Source: Candidatus Saccharimonadota bacterium
Lineage (GTDB): Bacteria > Patescibacteriota > Saccharimonadia > Saccharimonadales > Saccharimonadaceae
Reading direction: 5' to 3'
Assembly: GCA_001029695.1 (NCBI GenBank)
Contig: CP011211.1
Location: 570,001-602,000 of the forward strand
DNA length: 32,000 bases
The position numbers and the translations under genes were made by a program. Shown here piece by piece: positions 19,550 through 28,077 of this stretch. The notes beneath the pieces are model-generated. The model was not told the origin of the DNA, made no database searches, and saw only the letters and a program-made list of their open reading frames with translations. Positions within the stretch are counted from its first letter, which is position 1, and each line of letters begins with the position of its first letter.

Positions 19550-19578
19550 TTGTCACAAGGTGCCGCTTATGCTACAAT
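19550..19578 (+). promoter_or_regulatory. Sigma70-type promoter for the 1037-aa surface protein gene
   Basis: TTGTCA (19550-19555), 17-nt spacer, TACAAT (19573-19578). It lies about 80 nt upstream of the ATG at 19659, in a 252-bp AT-rich divergent intergenic region. Confidence 0.5.
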
Positions 19579-19658
19579 AATTCCAAGCTTTTTGATGGCA
19601 CCACACGTCTAAGTGAAATAAACATATTGCTCGCATCTAACAGATGTAGAAATAAAAC

Positions 19659-22600
19659 ATGAATATGTGGTGCTACCTTCCTGATAGTGTTAAAACTGTT
19701 CGTCCACTACGACTAGTAGTGGTAGTTTTGTTGTTAGTAGCATTATCTACAACGCTTTTTCTTACATCTATCGCGCGCGCGGTGCCTAGTACAAACAAAA
19801 CTATCAATTTCCAGGGGCGACTCCAGACCTCTGCGGGCGCTGTCGTTGCCGATGGCCACTACAACATCCAGTTCAAGATCTACCAGGACGGCACAGGAAC
19901 AACCGTGGGCAATCCTGGCGGCTCATTGAAATGGACAGAAAGCCATGTCAACAACGGTGGAGCAAATGGCGTAGAAGTCAGAAACGGCTACTTCTCTGTT
20001 AACCTTGGCTCGGTTACTCCATTCGGAACGAGTGTCGACTGGGATCAAGATGCGCTATTCCTATCGATGAATGTCGCTGGAAATAGCGCTACCTGTACAA
20101 CATTCGGCTCTACACCTTGTGGAGCCGATGGTGAAATGCTTCCGATGAAGCGCATTACCGCTACTCCTTACGCCATAAACGCCGGCGCAGTAAATGGCAA
20201 AACTGCAGACAACTTCATCCAGCTTGCCCAAGGAGTACAAACAGATGCAAGCACAAATACAAGCAGTATCCACATCAACAAAACAGGCACCGGCAACCTA
20301 ATCCAACTCCAAAATGCAGGAAATAACGTCTTCAGCGTTACAAACTCCGGTGATATCGAGTTTGGCAGTGGTGGAAACCGCGCCATCTACGTCGGTGGGG
20401 CACCCGAAAATACCACTGGCAATAACCTCACCCTGTTTGCCGGCTATGGGGGAAGTGGCTCAGGCAGTCAAGGTGGCGGACTCTTCCTACAGGGAGGAAG
20501 CGCAGGCGGTGATAATGGAGAGGGTGGAAGTGTTGCAATCACCGGTGGTGTCGGTACTGGAACAGGCAAAAATGGTAGCGTCTACATCGGCGCAAGCGAC
20601 ACCGACGCAGTCCAGATTGGTAGTACAAATCTCACGAGCGGCACTCAGACGATCAATATCGGCAACAACAATGCAGCAGGCGGCACAACAAACATCACTA
20701 TCGGTAGCGGCCCCGGCGCGACAGGCGGCTCGACGAATATTCAGTCAAAAGACGAAACATCCATCACGACAAATGGCACGCGACGCGCAACATTTGCAGG
20801 AGATTCAAATACGCTCTACGTTGGCAATGCCGATGGAAGTGGAAATGCCACAACCGCTAATGGATTCACAATCCAGGGGACGAGCAGTACTGGTAGTAAT
20901 ACGCAAGGTGGTGCACTTACTGTACAGGCCGGTTCAGCCACCAACGGCAATGCCAACGGCGGCAATCTTACACTGAGTGGCGGTTCCGGAAGTGGCTCAG
21001 GTGCAACCGGGCTTGTCGTCATCAATACGCCAACCTTCCAAACAACAACAAACGATACGAACTGCTATACCGGTAGTGCTTTAGTTTCTAGCAGCTGTAC
21101 GTTTACGAGTACAAGCGTCAATAGTTCGTCAGTACTCATTGCGGGATTCACGGCGGCTGGCCAAGTCGCAACCCTCCCTGACCCAGCTATCACTACCGCT
21201 GGCCGTATCATCTATGTCACGGCAGCAAACAGCTCAAAAGAATTTACTCTACGAGCAAACGCTGGTGCTGGTATCGGCGTGGAGCAAAACGTCACCCTAC
21301 GTCAAAATACTACTGCCACAATGATTTGGAATGGATCTGATTGGACTGTAGCAGGGGGATCCAACTCGACAAGCCTTCAAAACACCTACGATAACACCCC
21401 GCAAAATGCAGGCAGTGCCGATATTGTACTTGGAGGCGGTTCAGGAAACGACGGTTTAACTATTCGCGACAATAACACCAATCCTGTTAGCGGCCCTCTT
21501 CTTGACGTGCAAGGCTCAAACACGACATCGCTCTTCTCTGTTAATAGTGATGTCAATGAACTTGCGAGCAACCCAGGAGCAGAAACAGCTGGAGCAACAT
21601 CAACAACCTTCCCGGCAAATACATGGGACGTATCAGGTGCTGCCACCGTCACTCGTCATACTACAGCTGGAAACTACATCGCGTCTGGTCAAGCCTCGAC
21701 TAAGGTTGTCGCTACGGGCGAGATTTCAGGTGCCACAAACACCCTAAAGTCCGCGCTTATACCTGGAAAAACATACACCGTATCAATGTCACTACGCCTA
21801 GAAAGTGGCCCTGGTAACGGATTTGGTATCATCTATGCAGCTGATGGAGTGACCCCTACCGAGAACTGTGTTATCGACGTCACTTTGTCGACAAGTGAAT
21901 GGAAAAAGGTTAGCTGCTCATTCCAAGCCCCAGCATCTGGTATTACCAGCCAAAATGCGATAGCAATCGGTAAAACCACAGAAGCTGCACAAACATTCTA
22001 TGTCGACAACGTCAGTGTCAAGCTAGGCGGCAGCGACAGCACTGGCGCTACTGGAAACGTCCAGGTAGGCGGCGGTGCAAATGGCGGTTCGCCAACTCTA
22101 TTCACACTTGATAAAAACTCATCAGCTCCAGCTGGTTCCAATCACGATGCGCTTCTTGGTAGCATGTACTACGACACTACACTCGGTAAGGTGCAGTGCT
22201 ACGAGTCAGAAGGATGGGGAGCATGTGGTGCAAGTCCTGACAATTTCATCACAATTAGCCCAGAATACTCAGGGGCAGTGATGCATGGTGACGGAATAGG
22301 AACCATAGCAACAGACATATGCTCTGACTCACTCAATATAAATGACGGCAGTAGCGCACAGCCAACCATCTGTGGAAGCAATGAGACCTATAACTTCTAC
22401 AAATGGACCACACCGGAAGCTTCAACTCAATCACGTGCCATCTTCGTAACGTATCAACTCCCTGCTACATTTAAAGATTTCATCCCTGGCTCAACTTCAC
22501 TCATGGGGCGCACTAATAGTTCAGACTCTGCCGTCACATACCAGATCTATCGCAACAACAGTAGTACAGGATTAACCGCTTGCGGCTCCACCGTATCCGT

Positions 22601-22772
22601 CTCGACAGGCTCACAGTCATCGTGGCAAAAAGCAGGAGCCACTGGGTCGGCTGATCCATCGACGTGCGGCTTCGCTGCCGGAGATAGCATTGTTATCAGA
22701 GTTAACCTCAATGCATCAAACAACGCCAACGCCTATGCAAGCAACCTCAACTTCACCTTCAGCAACCACTAA
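19659..22772 (+). CDS. Large (1037 aa) secreted or anchored Gly/Thr/Asn/Ser-rich surface protein with a CBM4/9-like jelly-roll segment
   Basis: N-terminal signal anchor LRLVVVVLLLVALSTTLFLTSIARA. Gly-rich repeat zone at about 20380-21020 (GYGGSGSGSQGGGLFLQGGSAGGDNGEGGSVAITGG...GGNLTLSGGSGSGSGATG), reminiscent of tail-fibre or beta-helix adhesins. The segment at about 21570-22026 (NPGAE...WDVSGAATV...GKTYTVSMSLRLESG...EWKKVSCSFQAP...FYVDNVSVK) looks like a carbohydrate-binding-module fold. C-terminal Cys-containing domain: GSMYYDTTLGKVQCYESEGWGACG. Confidence 0.8.
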   Translation: MNMWCYLPDSVKTVRPLRLVVVVLLLVALSTTLFLTSIARAVPSTNKTINFQGRLQTSAGAVVADGHYNIQFKIYQDGTGTTVGNPGGSLKWTESHVNNGGANGVEVRNGYFSVNLGSVTPFGTSVDWDQDALFLSMNVAGNSATCTTFGSTPCGADGEMLPMKRITATPYAINAGAVNGKTADNFIQLAQGVQTDASTNTSSIHINKTGTGNLIQLQNAGNNVFSVTNSGDIEFGSGGNRAIYVGGAPENTTGNNLTLFAGYGGSGSGSQGGGLFLQGGSAGGDNGEGGSVAITGGVGTGTGKNGSVYIGASDTDAVQIGSTNLTSGTQTINIGNNNAAGGTTNITIGSGPGATGGSTNIQSKDETSITTNGTRRATFAGDSNTLYVGNADGSGNATTANGFTIQGTSSTGSNTQGGALTVQAGSATNGNANGGNLTLSGGSGSGSGATGLVVINTPTFQTTTNDTNCYTGSALVSSSCTFTSTSVNSSSVLIAGFTAAGQVATLPDPAITTAGRIIYVTAANSSKEFTLRANAGAGIGVEQNVTLRQNTTATMIWNGSDWTVAGGSNSTSLQNTYDNTPQNAGSADIVLGGGSGNDGLTIRDNNTNPVSGPLLDVQGSNTTSLFSVNSDVNELASNPGAETAGATSTTFPANTWDVSGAATVTRHTTAGNYIASGQASTKVVATGEISGATNTLKSALIPGKTYTVSMSLRLESGPGNGFGIIYAADGVTPTENCVIDVTLSTSEWKKVSCSFQAPASGITSQNAIAIGKTTEAAQTFYVDNVSVKLGGSDSTGATGNVQVGGGANGGSPTLFTLDKNSSAPAGSNHDALLGSMYYDTTLGKVQCYESEGWGACGASPDNFITISPEYSGAVMHGDGIGTIATDICSDSLNINDGSSAQPTICGSNETYNFYKWTTPEASTQSRAIFVTYQLPATFKDFIPGSTSLMGRTNSSDSAVTYQIYRNNSSTGLTACGSTVSVSTGSQSSWQKAGATGSADPSTCGFAAGDSIVIRVNLNASNNANAYASNLNFTFSNH

Positions 22773-22878
22773 TCTCTGTTATGCTAAAATAGCAAGAGTA
22801 ACTAAACGCTGAGTGTTTAGCGAGGAATATGGATCAAGCAGATAGGACAGAGAGAGCCTATCCACCCGATTTATCGCA

Positions 22879-23595
22879 ATGGAGTTCAAAAAGCCACATC
22901 GATACAAACAAGGTCAATCAAAAAACACGCCGAAACAGCGTGTCGGTTCGCCATACGAAAACGCAGTACCCCCCGCGACAGCCACTCATGCTAAAAGCTC
23001 CACAAATTCAAAAACAATCAATATAAAGATTAGTTTTGACTCATTGTCGAAAACTGCGTTATTTGCGCGAATCCGCCGCCTTAATCTCACAAAACGAACA
23101 GTAGTTGTCAGTGCTAGTATATTTATACTAGTAAGTTGCTTAGTCGCTGGGGTATTCATCTATCACCATACCACTACGCGAAGCTCCGCCGACATCACCA
23201 ACCCAAACGAAGTTGTCAAAAATCTCGACTATGGAACTGTTCTACCAGATAACAAATCTATTGATGAGCTTGGCGGGTGGCGTCGCGTTAGTCCCGCCAA
23301 GAGCGATCCAGTATTTGCCTATAGTGACAAGATTGGCACTGCCACTATCACCGTTAGTCAGCAGCCATTGCCAGACTCTTTCAAAGGTAACGTGGATAGC
23401 CAAGTTGCTGAAGTTGCCAAAAAATTCAGCGCCACCACTAAAATCGACGTCGATCACACAAAAGTCTATATTGGTACATCTACAAAAGGTCCGCAATCTG
23501 TAATATTTACAAAAAACAATCTACTCATCCTTATCAAGTCTCAAGTGAAAATCGATGATAAAGACTGGGCTTCGTACGCAAAGTCACTTCGCTAA
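22879..23595 (+). CDS. Single-pass membrane protein, hypothetical (basic N-terminus, extracytoplasmic alpha/beta domain)
   Basis: 238 aa. TM: VVVSASIFILVSCLVAGVFIY. The C-terminal domain (AYSDKIGTATITVSQQPLP...VIFTKNNLLILIKS...DWASYAKSL) loosely resembles DUF4367-type domains; this is tentative. The start codon is uncertain because there is no RBS. Confidence 0.55.
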   Translation: MEFKKPHRYKQGQSKNTPKQRVGSPYENAVPPATATHAKSSTNSKTINIKISFDSLSKTALFARIRRLNLTKRTVVVSASIFILVSCLVAGVFIYHHTTTRSSADITNPNEVVKNLDYGTVLPDNKSIDELGGWRRVSPAKSDPVFAYSDKIGTATITVSQQPLPDSFKGNVDSQVAEVAKKFSATTKIDVDHTKVYIGTSTKGPQSVIFTKNNLLILIKSQVKIDDKDWASYAKSLR

Positions 23596-23626
23596 CACCC
23601 TCACTAGAGTCTCACGAAGCAATACT

Positions 23627-24220
23627 CTATGGCTTCTTGTATTTCTCAATCGACTGGGCGACTTTACCATCAGTCTTAAGATTCTCATAGAAAAGCACCT
23701 GGTCTTTTGAAAGGATCATTTCATCTTCTGGACCATGAATCTCATCACCAAGCTTAATTAGCTGAACATTACCTTGATCATTTGAAGTCTGCTGAGGATT
23801 TTTTGAGTCTTTTGCCTCTTCTGTAGATTGCTGCGACTGAAGATAATAAATGTCAGTGAGCTTCATGTATTCGTTATTAAAAGACTGAAGTTTACCAAAG
23901 TACACCTGACCATTCGTAAAAAATACCGCCTGATACTTACTACTATCGATAGCGGTCGCAACCGTCTGTGTCTTTGACCATGCGAACCATCCAACGGCAC
24001 CCAAGATAATGAGAATAACCGCGACAATAATAGGGAGAACAAATCGCTTTACCGACCTCTCCTCGCGCATGGCATGACGAGGCGTCACCGCTTGATGTAC
24101 GGTCTTTGGCGTCTCATTCACTGATCGTGGCTCTTCTGCCTGCTGACGATGTGTCGGCTCTGGCCTACTCGCGACCCTTCTGTCTGTCGGTCGCGGCACA
24201 CGAAACGGTCCCCCATCCAT
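23627..24220 (-). CDS. Single-pass membrane protein, hypothetical
   Basis: 197 aa. Basic/Pro-rich N-terminus, TM FVLPIIVAVILIILGAVGWFAW, then YQAVFFTNGQVYFGKLQSFNNEYMKLTDIYYLQ. GGAG RBS, with a candidate promoter upstream. Confidence 0.6.
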   Translation of the reverse strand: MDGGPFRVPRPTDRRVASRPEPTHRQQAEEPRSVNETPKTVHQAVTPRHAMREERSVKRFVLPIIVAVILIILGAVGWFAWSKTQTVATAIDSSKYQAVFFTNGQVYFGKLQSFNNEYMKLTDIYYLQSQQSTEEAKDSKNPQQTSNDQGNVQLIKLGDEIHGPEDEMILSKDQVLFYENLKTDGKVAQSIEKYKKP

Positions 24221-24256
24221 TAGCTATTTCTCCAATTACCAATTCTTACTCACCCC

Positions 24257-24286
24257 ATCATACCATAAGGGGCATCTGCCTATCAA
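24257..24286 (-). promoter_or_regulatory. Sigma70-type promoter (extended -10) for 23627..24220
   Basis: The minus strand reads TTGATA (24286-24281), 18-nt spacer ending in TGG, then TATGAT (24262-24257). It lies about 35 nt upstream of the ATG at 24220. Confidence 0.45.
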
Positions 24287-24448
24287 TCACTGATACATAT
24301 CACGCAAACGTCCGCGTGAATAAACAATAAGTTCGACCTCGCGTCCGCATAACTCAGACACTGAATCAAGCCTTATCGATCAGTTGTTGTATTTAATACT
24401 ATCCGACCATCTACCTCTTGCAAACAACATATATAGCGTTCCAGTTCG

Positions 24449-24477
24449 TTGACATACGCTAATTTATTGCTTATGCT
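24449..24477 (+). promoter_or_regulatory. Sigma70-type promoter for the LysM-CHAP gene
   Basis: TTGACA (24449-24454), 17-nt spacer, TATGCT (24472-24477). It lies about 100 nt upstream of the ATG at 24577. Confidence 0.5.
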
Positions 24478-24576
24478 TATTTTTGTGTTTTTTGCAACAG
24501 TACGCAAAGAATATTCAATCATCTATATCGCACGACTATATTTAGCATTGATATAGAGTTTATAAGGAGAAAATTC

Positions 24577-25281
24577 ATGAAAATCAAATCAAGCCTTACG
24601 GCAACAGCCGTTGCTTTTTCGCTAGTGTTCTTTTTTGGACCTACGACTCACGCCAAGGAAGCTACGAGTACCGAAAAAGAAGACAATACCCCTGTAAAAG
24701 TAACTATCCAGGTAGGCGATACGCTTTCGAGTATAGCCGACACACACAATACAACGTACGTACGTATATTTAACGCAAACGACTTCCTAGTAAATCCAGA
24801 CATCATCAACGCAGGCGACAGTGTTCGCATCCCCACGGCAGAAGAAACTCTTCCGGATCGTTATAGCGAAAGAGTCGTACCGCAAGTAGCGCCAACTACA
24901 GCATCACAATCATCAACCATAGCGCAGACACCTTCAGTATCTGCCGCACCTATTCAGCCGAGCTCACCTACCTACGCTTCAAACGCAGGCAATACTTATT
25001 ACCGTGGTTATTGCACCTGGTACGCAAAAGAACGTCGACCTGATCTTCCAAACATGCTTGGAAATGGTGGACAATGGGTGGCAAATGCTGCGGCGCGTGG
25101 ATATTCGACCGGCTCAACCCCTCGGCCCGGCGCAATTGCTGAGATGCCAGGGCACGTAGCGGTTGTTGAGTCAGTCAATGGAGATGGTACCATCGTTATT
25201 TCAGAGATGAACGGACCTGCCGGATTCGGGGTTGTCGGCACACGTACCGATGCAGCAAGCAAGTATCGATATATCTATTAG
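24577..25281 (+). CDS. Secreted peptidoglycan hydrolase, LysM + CHAP domains
   Basis: AAGGAGA RBS and a signal peptide (AFSLVFFFGPTTHA). LysM: VTIQVGDTLSSIADTHNTTYVRIFNANDFLVNPDIINAGDSVRIP. Ser/Pro/Ala linker. CHAP: catalytic Cys in YYRGYCTWYAKERRP and His in GHVAVVESVNGDGTIVISEMN. Confidence 0.85.
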   Translation: MKIKSSLTATAVAFSLVFFFGPTTHAKEATSTEKEDNTPVKVTIQVGDTLSSIADTHNTTYVRIFNANDFLVNPDIINAGDSVRIPTAEETLPDRYSERVVPQVAPTTASQSSTIAQTPSVSAAPIQPSSPTYASNAGNTYYRGYCTWYAKERRPDLPNMLGNGGQWVANAAARGYSTGSTPRPGAIAEMPGHVAVVESVNGDGTIVISEMNGPAGFGVVGTRTDAASKYRYIY

Positions 25282-25318
25282 ACAGTGAGATACTCAGTAT
25301 TTCTTTGCTGAATACAAA

Positions 25319-25528
25319 CTATGATTTATCTTTTAAATACTTGCCGGCAATACTCAAAGCAAACGACGGCAGTATGATGAAAACTGTTATGAATAAAAGC
25401 CGTATGAGTATTTCACTGATCGCAGAATCTTGCTTATCCGGACCCGAGCCTGTCAGTACAACTAAAATACCCAAAACCCCAAATAAGATTGACGAGTAAA
25501 TAAACACTCTTGTAGCTATCTTTTGCAT
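25319..25528 (-). CDS. Small 2-TM membrane protein, hypothetical
   Basis: 69 aa with two clear hydrophobic helices (VFIYSSILFGVLGILVVLTG and LLFITVFIILPSFALSIAG). I prefer it over the overlapping plus-strand 64-aa ORF, which has no such structure. Confidence 0.45.
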   Translation of the reverse strand: MQKIATRVFIYSSILFGVLGILVVLTGSGPDKQDSAISEILIRLLFITVFIILPSFALSIAGKYLKDKS

Positions 25529-25571
25529 ACCCTCATTATACCAAACCTTGGAGACACATACGTGAGCAATG

Positions 25572-25945
25572 CTATCGATGTTTTTCCTCGGCCAGTGCTT
25601 TGACCTGCTCTAGCGCACGAGGATAGCTACGATTAAACTCCGCTTCCAACTCCGTCGGAACATCAAAAACTACCGTTAAGATCGTGCAGTCATCTTTTTC
25701 CGTCAATGAATAGATCTCTCTACCGCCAGTCCACTGCTCTTCACGTGCTTGCTTTCCACTCTCCTGCGTATCAGCATGGTGTCTCAGTAGTAAAACTCAC
25801 CTTTTACGAGCTTCTCAACCAAGCTCGTCACCCCGTATCCGTTGACGGAAGAGATAAACTGCGGTGAAGCGACAAATAGCGGTAGAAAACCTTGTGTCGT
25901 GTATCTTGCATTGCTACGATGACCCACAATCTCTTGCCGGAACGG
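25572..25945 (-). pseudogene. Probable frameshifted remnant of an SRPBCC/AHSA1-like gene
   Basis: No ORF of 60 aa or more lies here. My minus-strand translation gives ...HHADTQESGKQAREEQWTGGREIYSLTEKDDCTILTVVFDVPTELEAEFNRSYPRALEQVKALAEEKHR*, with the stop at 25574-25572. That resembles the C-terminal half of SRPBCC (activator-of-Hsp90-ATPase-like) proteins. An upstream piece (...GFLPLFVASPQFISSVNGYGVTSLVEKLVKGEFYY*) is in another frame and neither piece has a start codon. Confidence 0.35.
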
Positions 25946-26794
25946 CTACTGCTTAGCGTTTTTATTACGAATAATCTTACCAACTTCCGCAGTAACTCCT
26001 AGTTCGTTATCCACCATTGACTTCACAACCTGATTGTTCGGATCGAATGGATCCGAGTTGGATTGAGACTCCAGTCGCAAATTTTCTATCTTCAATGCCT
26101 TCTCTAGTTCATATCTTGGCGTATGTTCAAGCAACTCTCGTTGTCGCCCAGCATCTTTCATTCCCAAGATTATCTGTGCAGCTACATAATACGCTTCTAG
26201 CTCATGCCTAATCTTATCCCGCGTCAAAGTTTCAACCCTACCAATCGGACCACCTTCTTTTTGCACAACATGAGTTAGCTCATGCAAAGCAACTATTGGA
26301 CTCAGCCTACCCGACATAGCTGCATCGACATTCATAGATATATACGGTCTGCCATAGACAATTGTGTTCGGCTCCGGCAACCAGAAATTCGCACCCGTCA
26401 CAGCAAGGCTATCTTCATCCTCGAAGACAGGAAGTTCACGGTGTGATTGAGAGTCTGAAAAATACTGCCTGGTCTTTTTCTTAGCCGTACTCGTTTTTCC
26501 AGGCCCAAGTTTTAAACTTAACGAATTAACTTGTTCACTATTCATACCTGAATTATTAGCGTGAATTGCCGCTCGCCTGCCCAAGTGGCGCAGAACAAGA
26601 GGAACTTGATTAGTATGTTCATCTTCTAGCTCCAAAAAACCCATTGAATCTAATTCGGTATGCACAAGCCTGTCCGTGACACCGCTAAGATGGACTGCAT
26701 AATCACCAAGCCTGTCTGCTACAGTTGGAACAGCCAATAACTCTTGTGCATCTAGTCGTAGACTCTCTGTGGTGGACATGCTGTTCTTAATCAT
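25946..26794 (-). CDS. HExxH-motif protein, putative zinc metallopeptidase (family unknown)
   Basis: The ORF track gives 25946..26830. Positions 26821-26849 hold a consensus promoter, so the ATG at 26794 (MIKNSMSTTE) is the likely start. IVALHELTHVVQKEGGP carries HExxH, and a downstream HELEAYY could supply a third ligand. I recognise no other family signature. Confidence 0.55.
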   Translation of the reverse strand: MIKNSMSTTESLRLDAQELLAVPTVADRLGDYAVHLSGVTDRLVHTELDSMGFLELEDEHTNQVPLVLRHLGRRAAIHANNSGMNSEQVNSLSLKLGPGKTSTAKKKTRQYFSDSQSHRELPVFEDEDSLAVTGANFWLPEPNTIVYGRPYISMNVDAAMSGRLSPIVALHELTHVVQKEGGPIGRVETLTRDKIRHELEAYYVAAQIILGMKDAGRQRELLEHTPRYELEKALKIENLRLESQSNSDPFDPNNQVVKSMVDNELGVTAEVGKIIRNKNAKQ

Positions 26795-26820
26795 ATTTAT
26801 TTCTATGGATTTATATACAT

Positions 26821-26849
26821 ATAATAGCAAATTTCTTATGTTTTGTCAA
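26821..26849 (-). promoter_or_regulatory. Consensus-like sigma70 promoter for the HExxH gene
   Basis: The minus strand reads TTGACA (26849-26844), 17-nt spacer (aaacataagaaatttgc), TATTAT (26826-26821). Confidence 0.6.
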
Positions 26850-27342
26850 TATTATAAAATCTGCAAAACAAAAACCATGACTTTCATTATATACTTATTA
26901 ACTGACTGACTACGATAGAACGAGTTGAAGGACAAACTGCGACAATTTCACTTATACATGCGTCAATACTTTTATTTGAGTGTAGTCCATACTGCACAAA
27001 AAAATAATGCGACTATAGGCATAGCAACAATGGAGAGTACCACAAAAAAATTGGCTCTTTTCATAATGTTATATGATGACGAGAAATATATTCATCACTG
27101 TTACTCAATTTTACATCAATCCAACCCGCGAGCTGATAATCGGAGACGTATTCAAGGATCAAATACTCACCATCTTCCCTAAAATTAATCATGATATACC
27201 TCTATGCTATGTTTAGATTTTTCTAGCCTAATTATGACCTCATAGACTATTGTGTCAATTCTAACGGAGTACCGGTAGTAAAAACTGCCATTCGGAAAAT
27301 ACATACACATCATTCCTACCAGTAGAAAGTAACCAAATTGCA

Positions 27343-27942
27343 TCAAACATGAACTGCTCTTACTCGTTGAACGTGCTTTACATGTTCAATAGGCTTCTTG
27401 ATGTTAAATTGACAAATAACCTCTATCATCTTTGACGCTTCTTCGTAACTATACACTTTTTCGCCATACCTAAAAACCGACTCGATCATATCATTGACTG
27501 AACCAACATCCTCATATCCGTTAATAAAGAATTTCTCAGCCGACGGAAAGACGACGATATTAACAATCGGAGCCTTTAATCTCTCACCGATTAGCCCTCT
27601 TACAGTTCTAATGTGGCTATTATTTTGCTCTACTGGGTTAGGAGTAAGGCGAAAGCTATTTCTGAACAAAATTTGCTTAAAAAGCCTGTGGGCCTTTGAG
27701 CCAGATATCCATCCTTTGTGAGATTTGGTTTCAATACAAAATATTCCGTATATAGATATAATTAAATGATCTATCTGGGACGTGCGGAATTGTCCGTCAT
27801 TAGGTAAAAGCAGATCAGAAATAACTGCATACTGGCGGTGAGGAAGGCTCTTCAAAAGTTGCTGCGTAACATACCGCTCATCTGCGTAATACTTGCTACG
27901 CTTTTTCTTAAAATTATAGATTGAACCTTTTAGACTATACAT
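27343..27942 (-). CDS. NERD (nuclease-related domain) protein
   Basis: 199 aa. SQIDHLIISIYGIFCIETKSHKGWISGS matches the NERD core (iDhlvi...gifviEtKn..G.i.g). A perfect consensus promoter lies upstream. Confidence 0.8.
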   Translation of the reverse strand: MYSLKGSIYNFKKKRSKYYADERYVTQQLLKSLPHRQYAVISDLLLPNDGQFRTSQIDHLIISIYGIFCIETKSHKGWISGSKAHRLFKQILFRNSFRLTPNPVEQNNSHIRTVRGLIGERLKAPIVNIVVFPSAEKFFINGYEDVGSVNDMIESVFRYGEKVYSYEEASKMIEVICQFNIKKPIEHVKHVQRVRAVHV

Positions 27943-27968
27943 ACTGTTTGTTTTAGTTAATTTTAAAC

Positions 27969-27997
27969 ATTATAGCATAAGTAATATATTATGTCAA
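27969..27997 (-). promoter_or_regulatory. Perfect consensus sigma70 promoter for the NERD gene
   Basis: The minus strand reads TTGACA (27997-27992), 17-nt spacer (taatatattacttatgc), TATAAT (27974-27969). The ATG at 27942 lies about 27 nt downstream of the -10. Confidence 0.65.
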
Positions 27998-28077
27998 TTT
28001 ATACTCAGACAGACAAAAAACATCATGACTTTCATCATAGTATCTATGTCTTTAAAGATACTTCTTCTCTAGCTCTT

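Noticed and set aside
20314-20976. 220-aa plus-strand ORF in an alternative frame inside the 1037-aa gene, along with 20061..20273, 20168..20386, 20816..21025, 21386..21652 and others
   Set aside because: These lie entirely within the much longer 19659..22772 ORF. Their Ala/Gln/Ser/Arg-rich, low-complexity translations are what Gly/Thr/Asn codon repeats produce in off-frames. They have no independent start context.
26925-27182. 85-aa plus-strand ORF in the AT-rich spacer
   Set aside because: It has no promoter or RBS and a low-complexity, AT-driven translation. The opposite strand carries the promoter and the more gene-like fragments.
27061-27193. Apparent 43-aa minus-strand ORF starting at the ATG at 27193, downstream of the orphan promoter
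   Set aside because: On careful re-translation that ATG frame stops after 8 codons (MINFKGRW*). The longer peptide-like frame has no start codon, so I report it only as a fragment.
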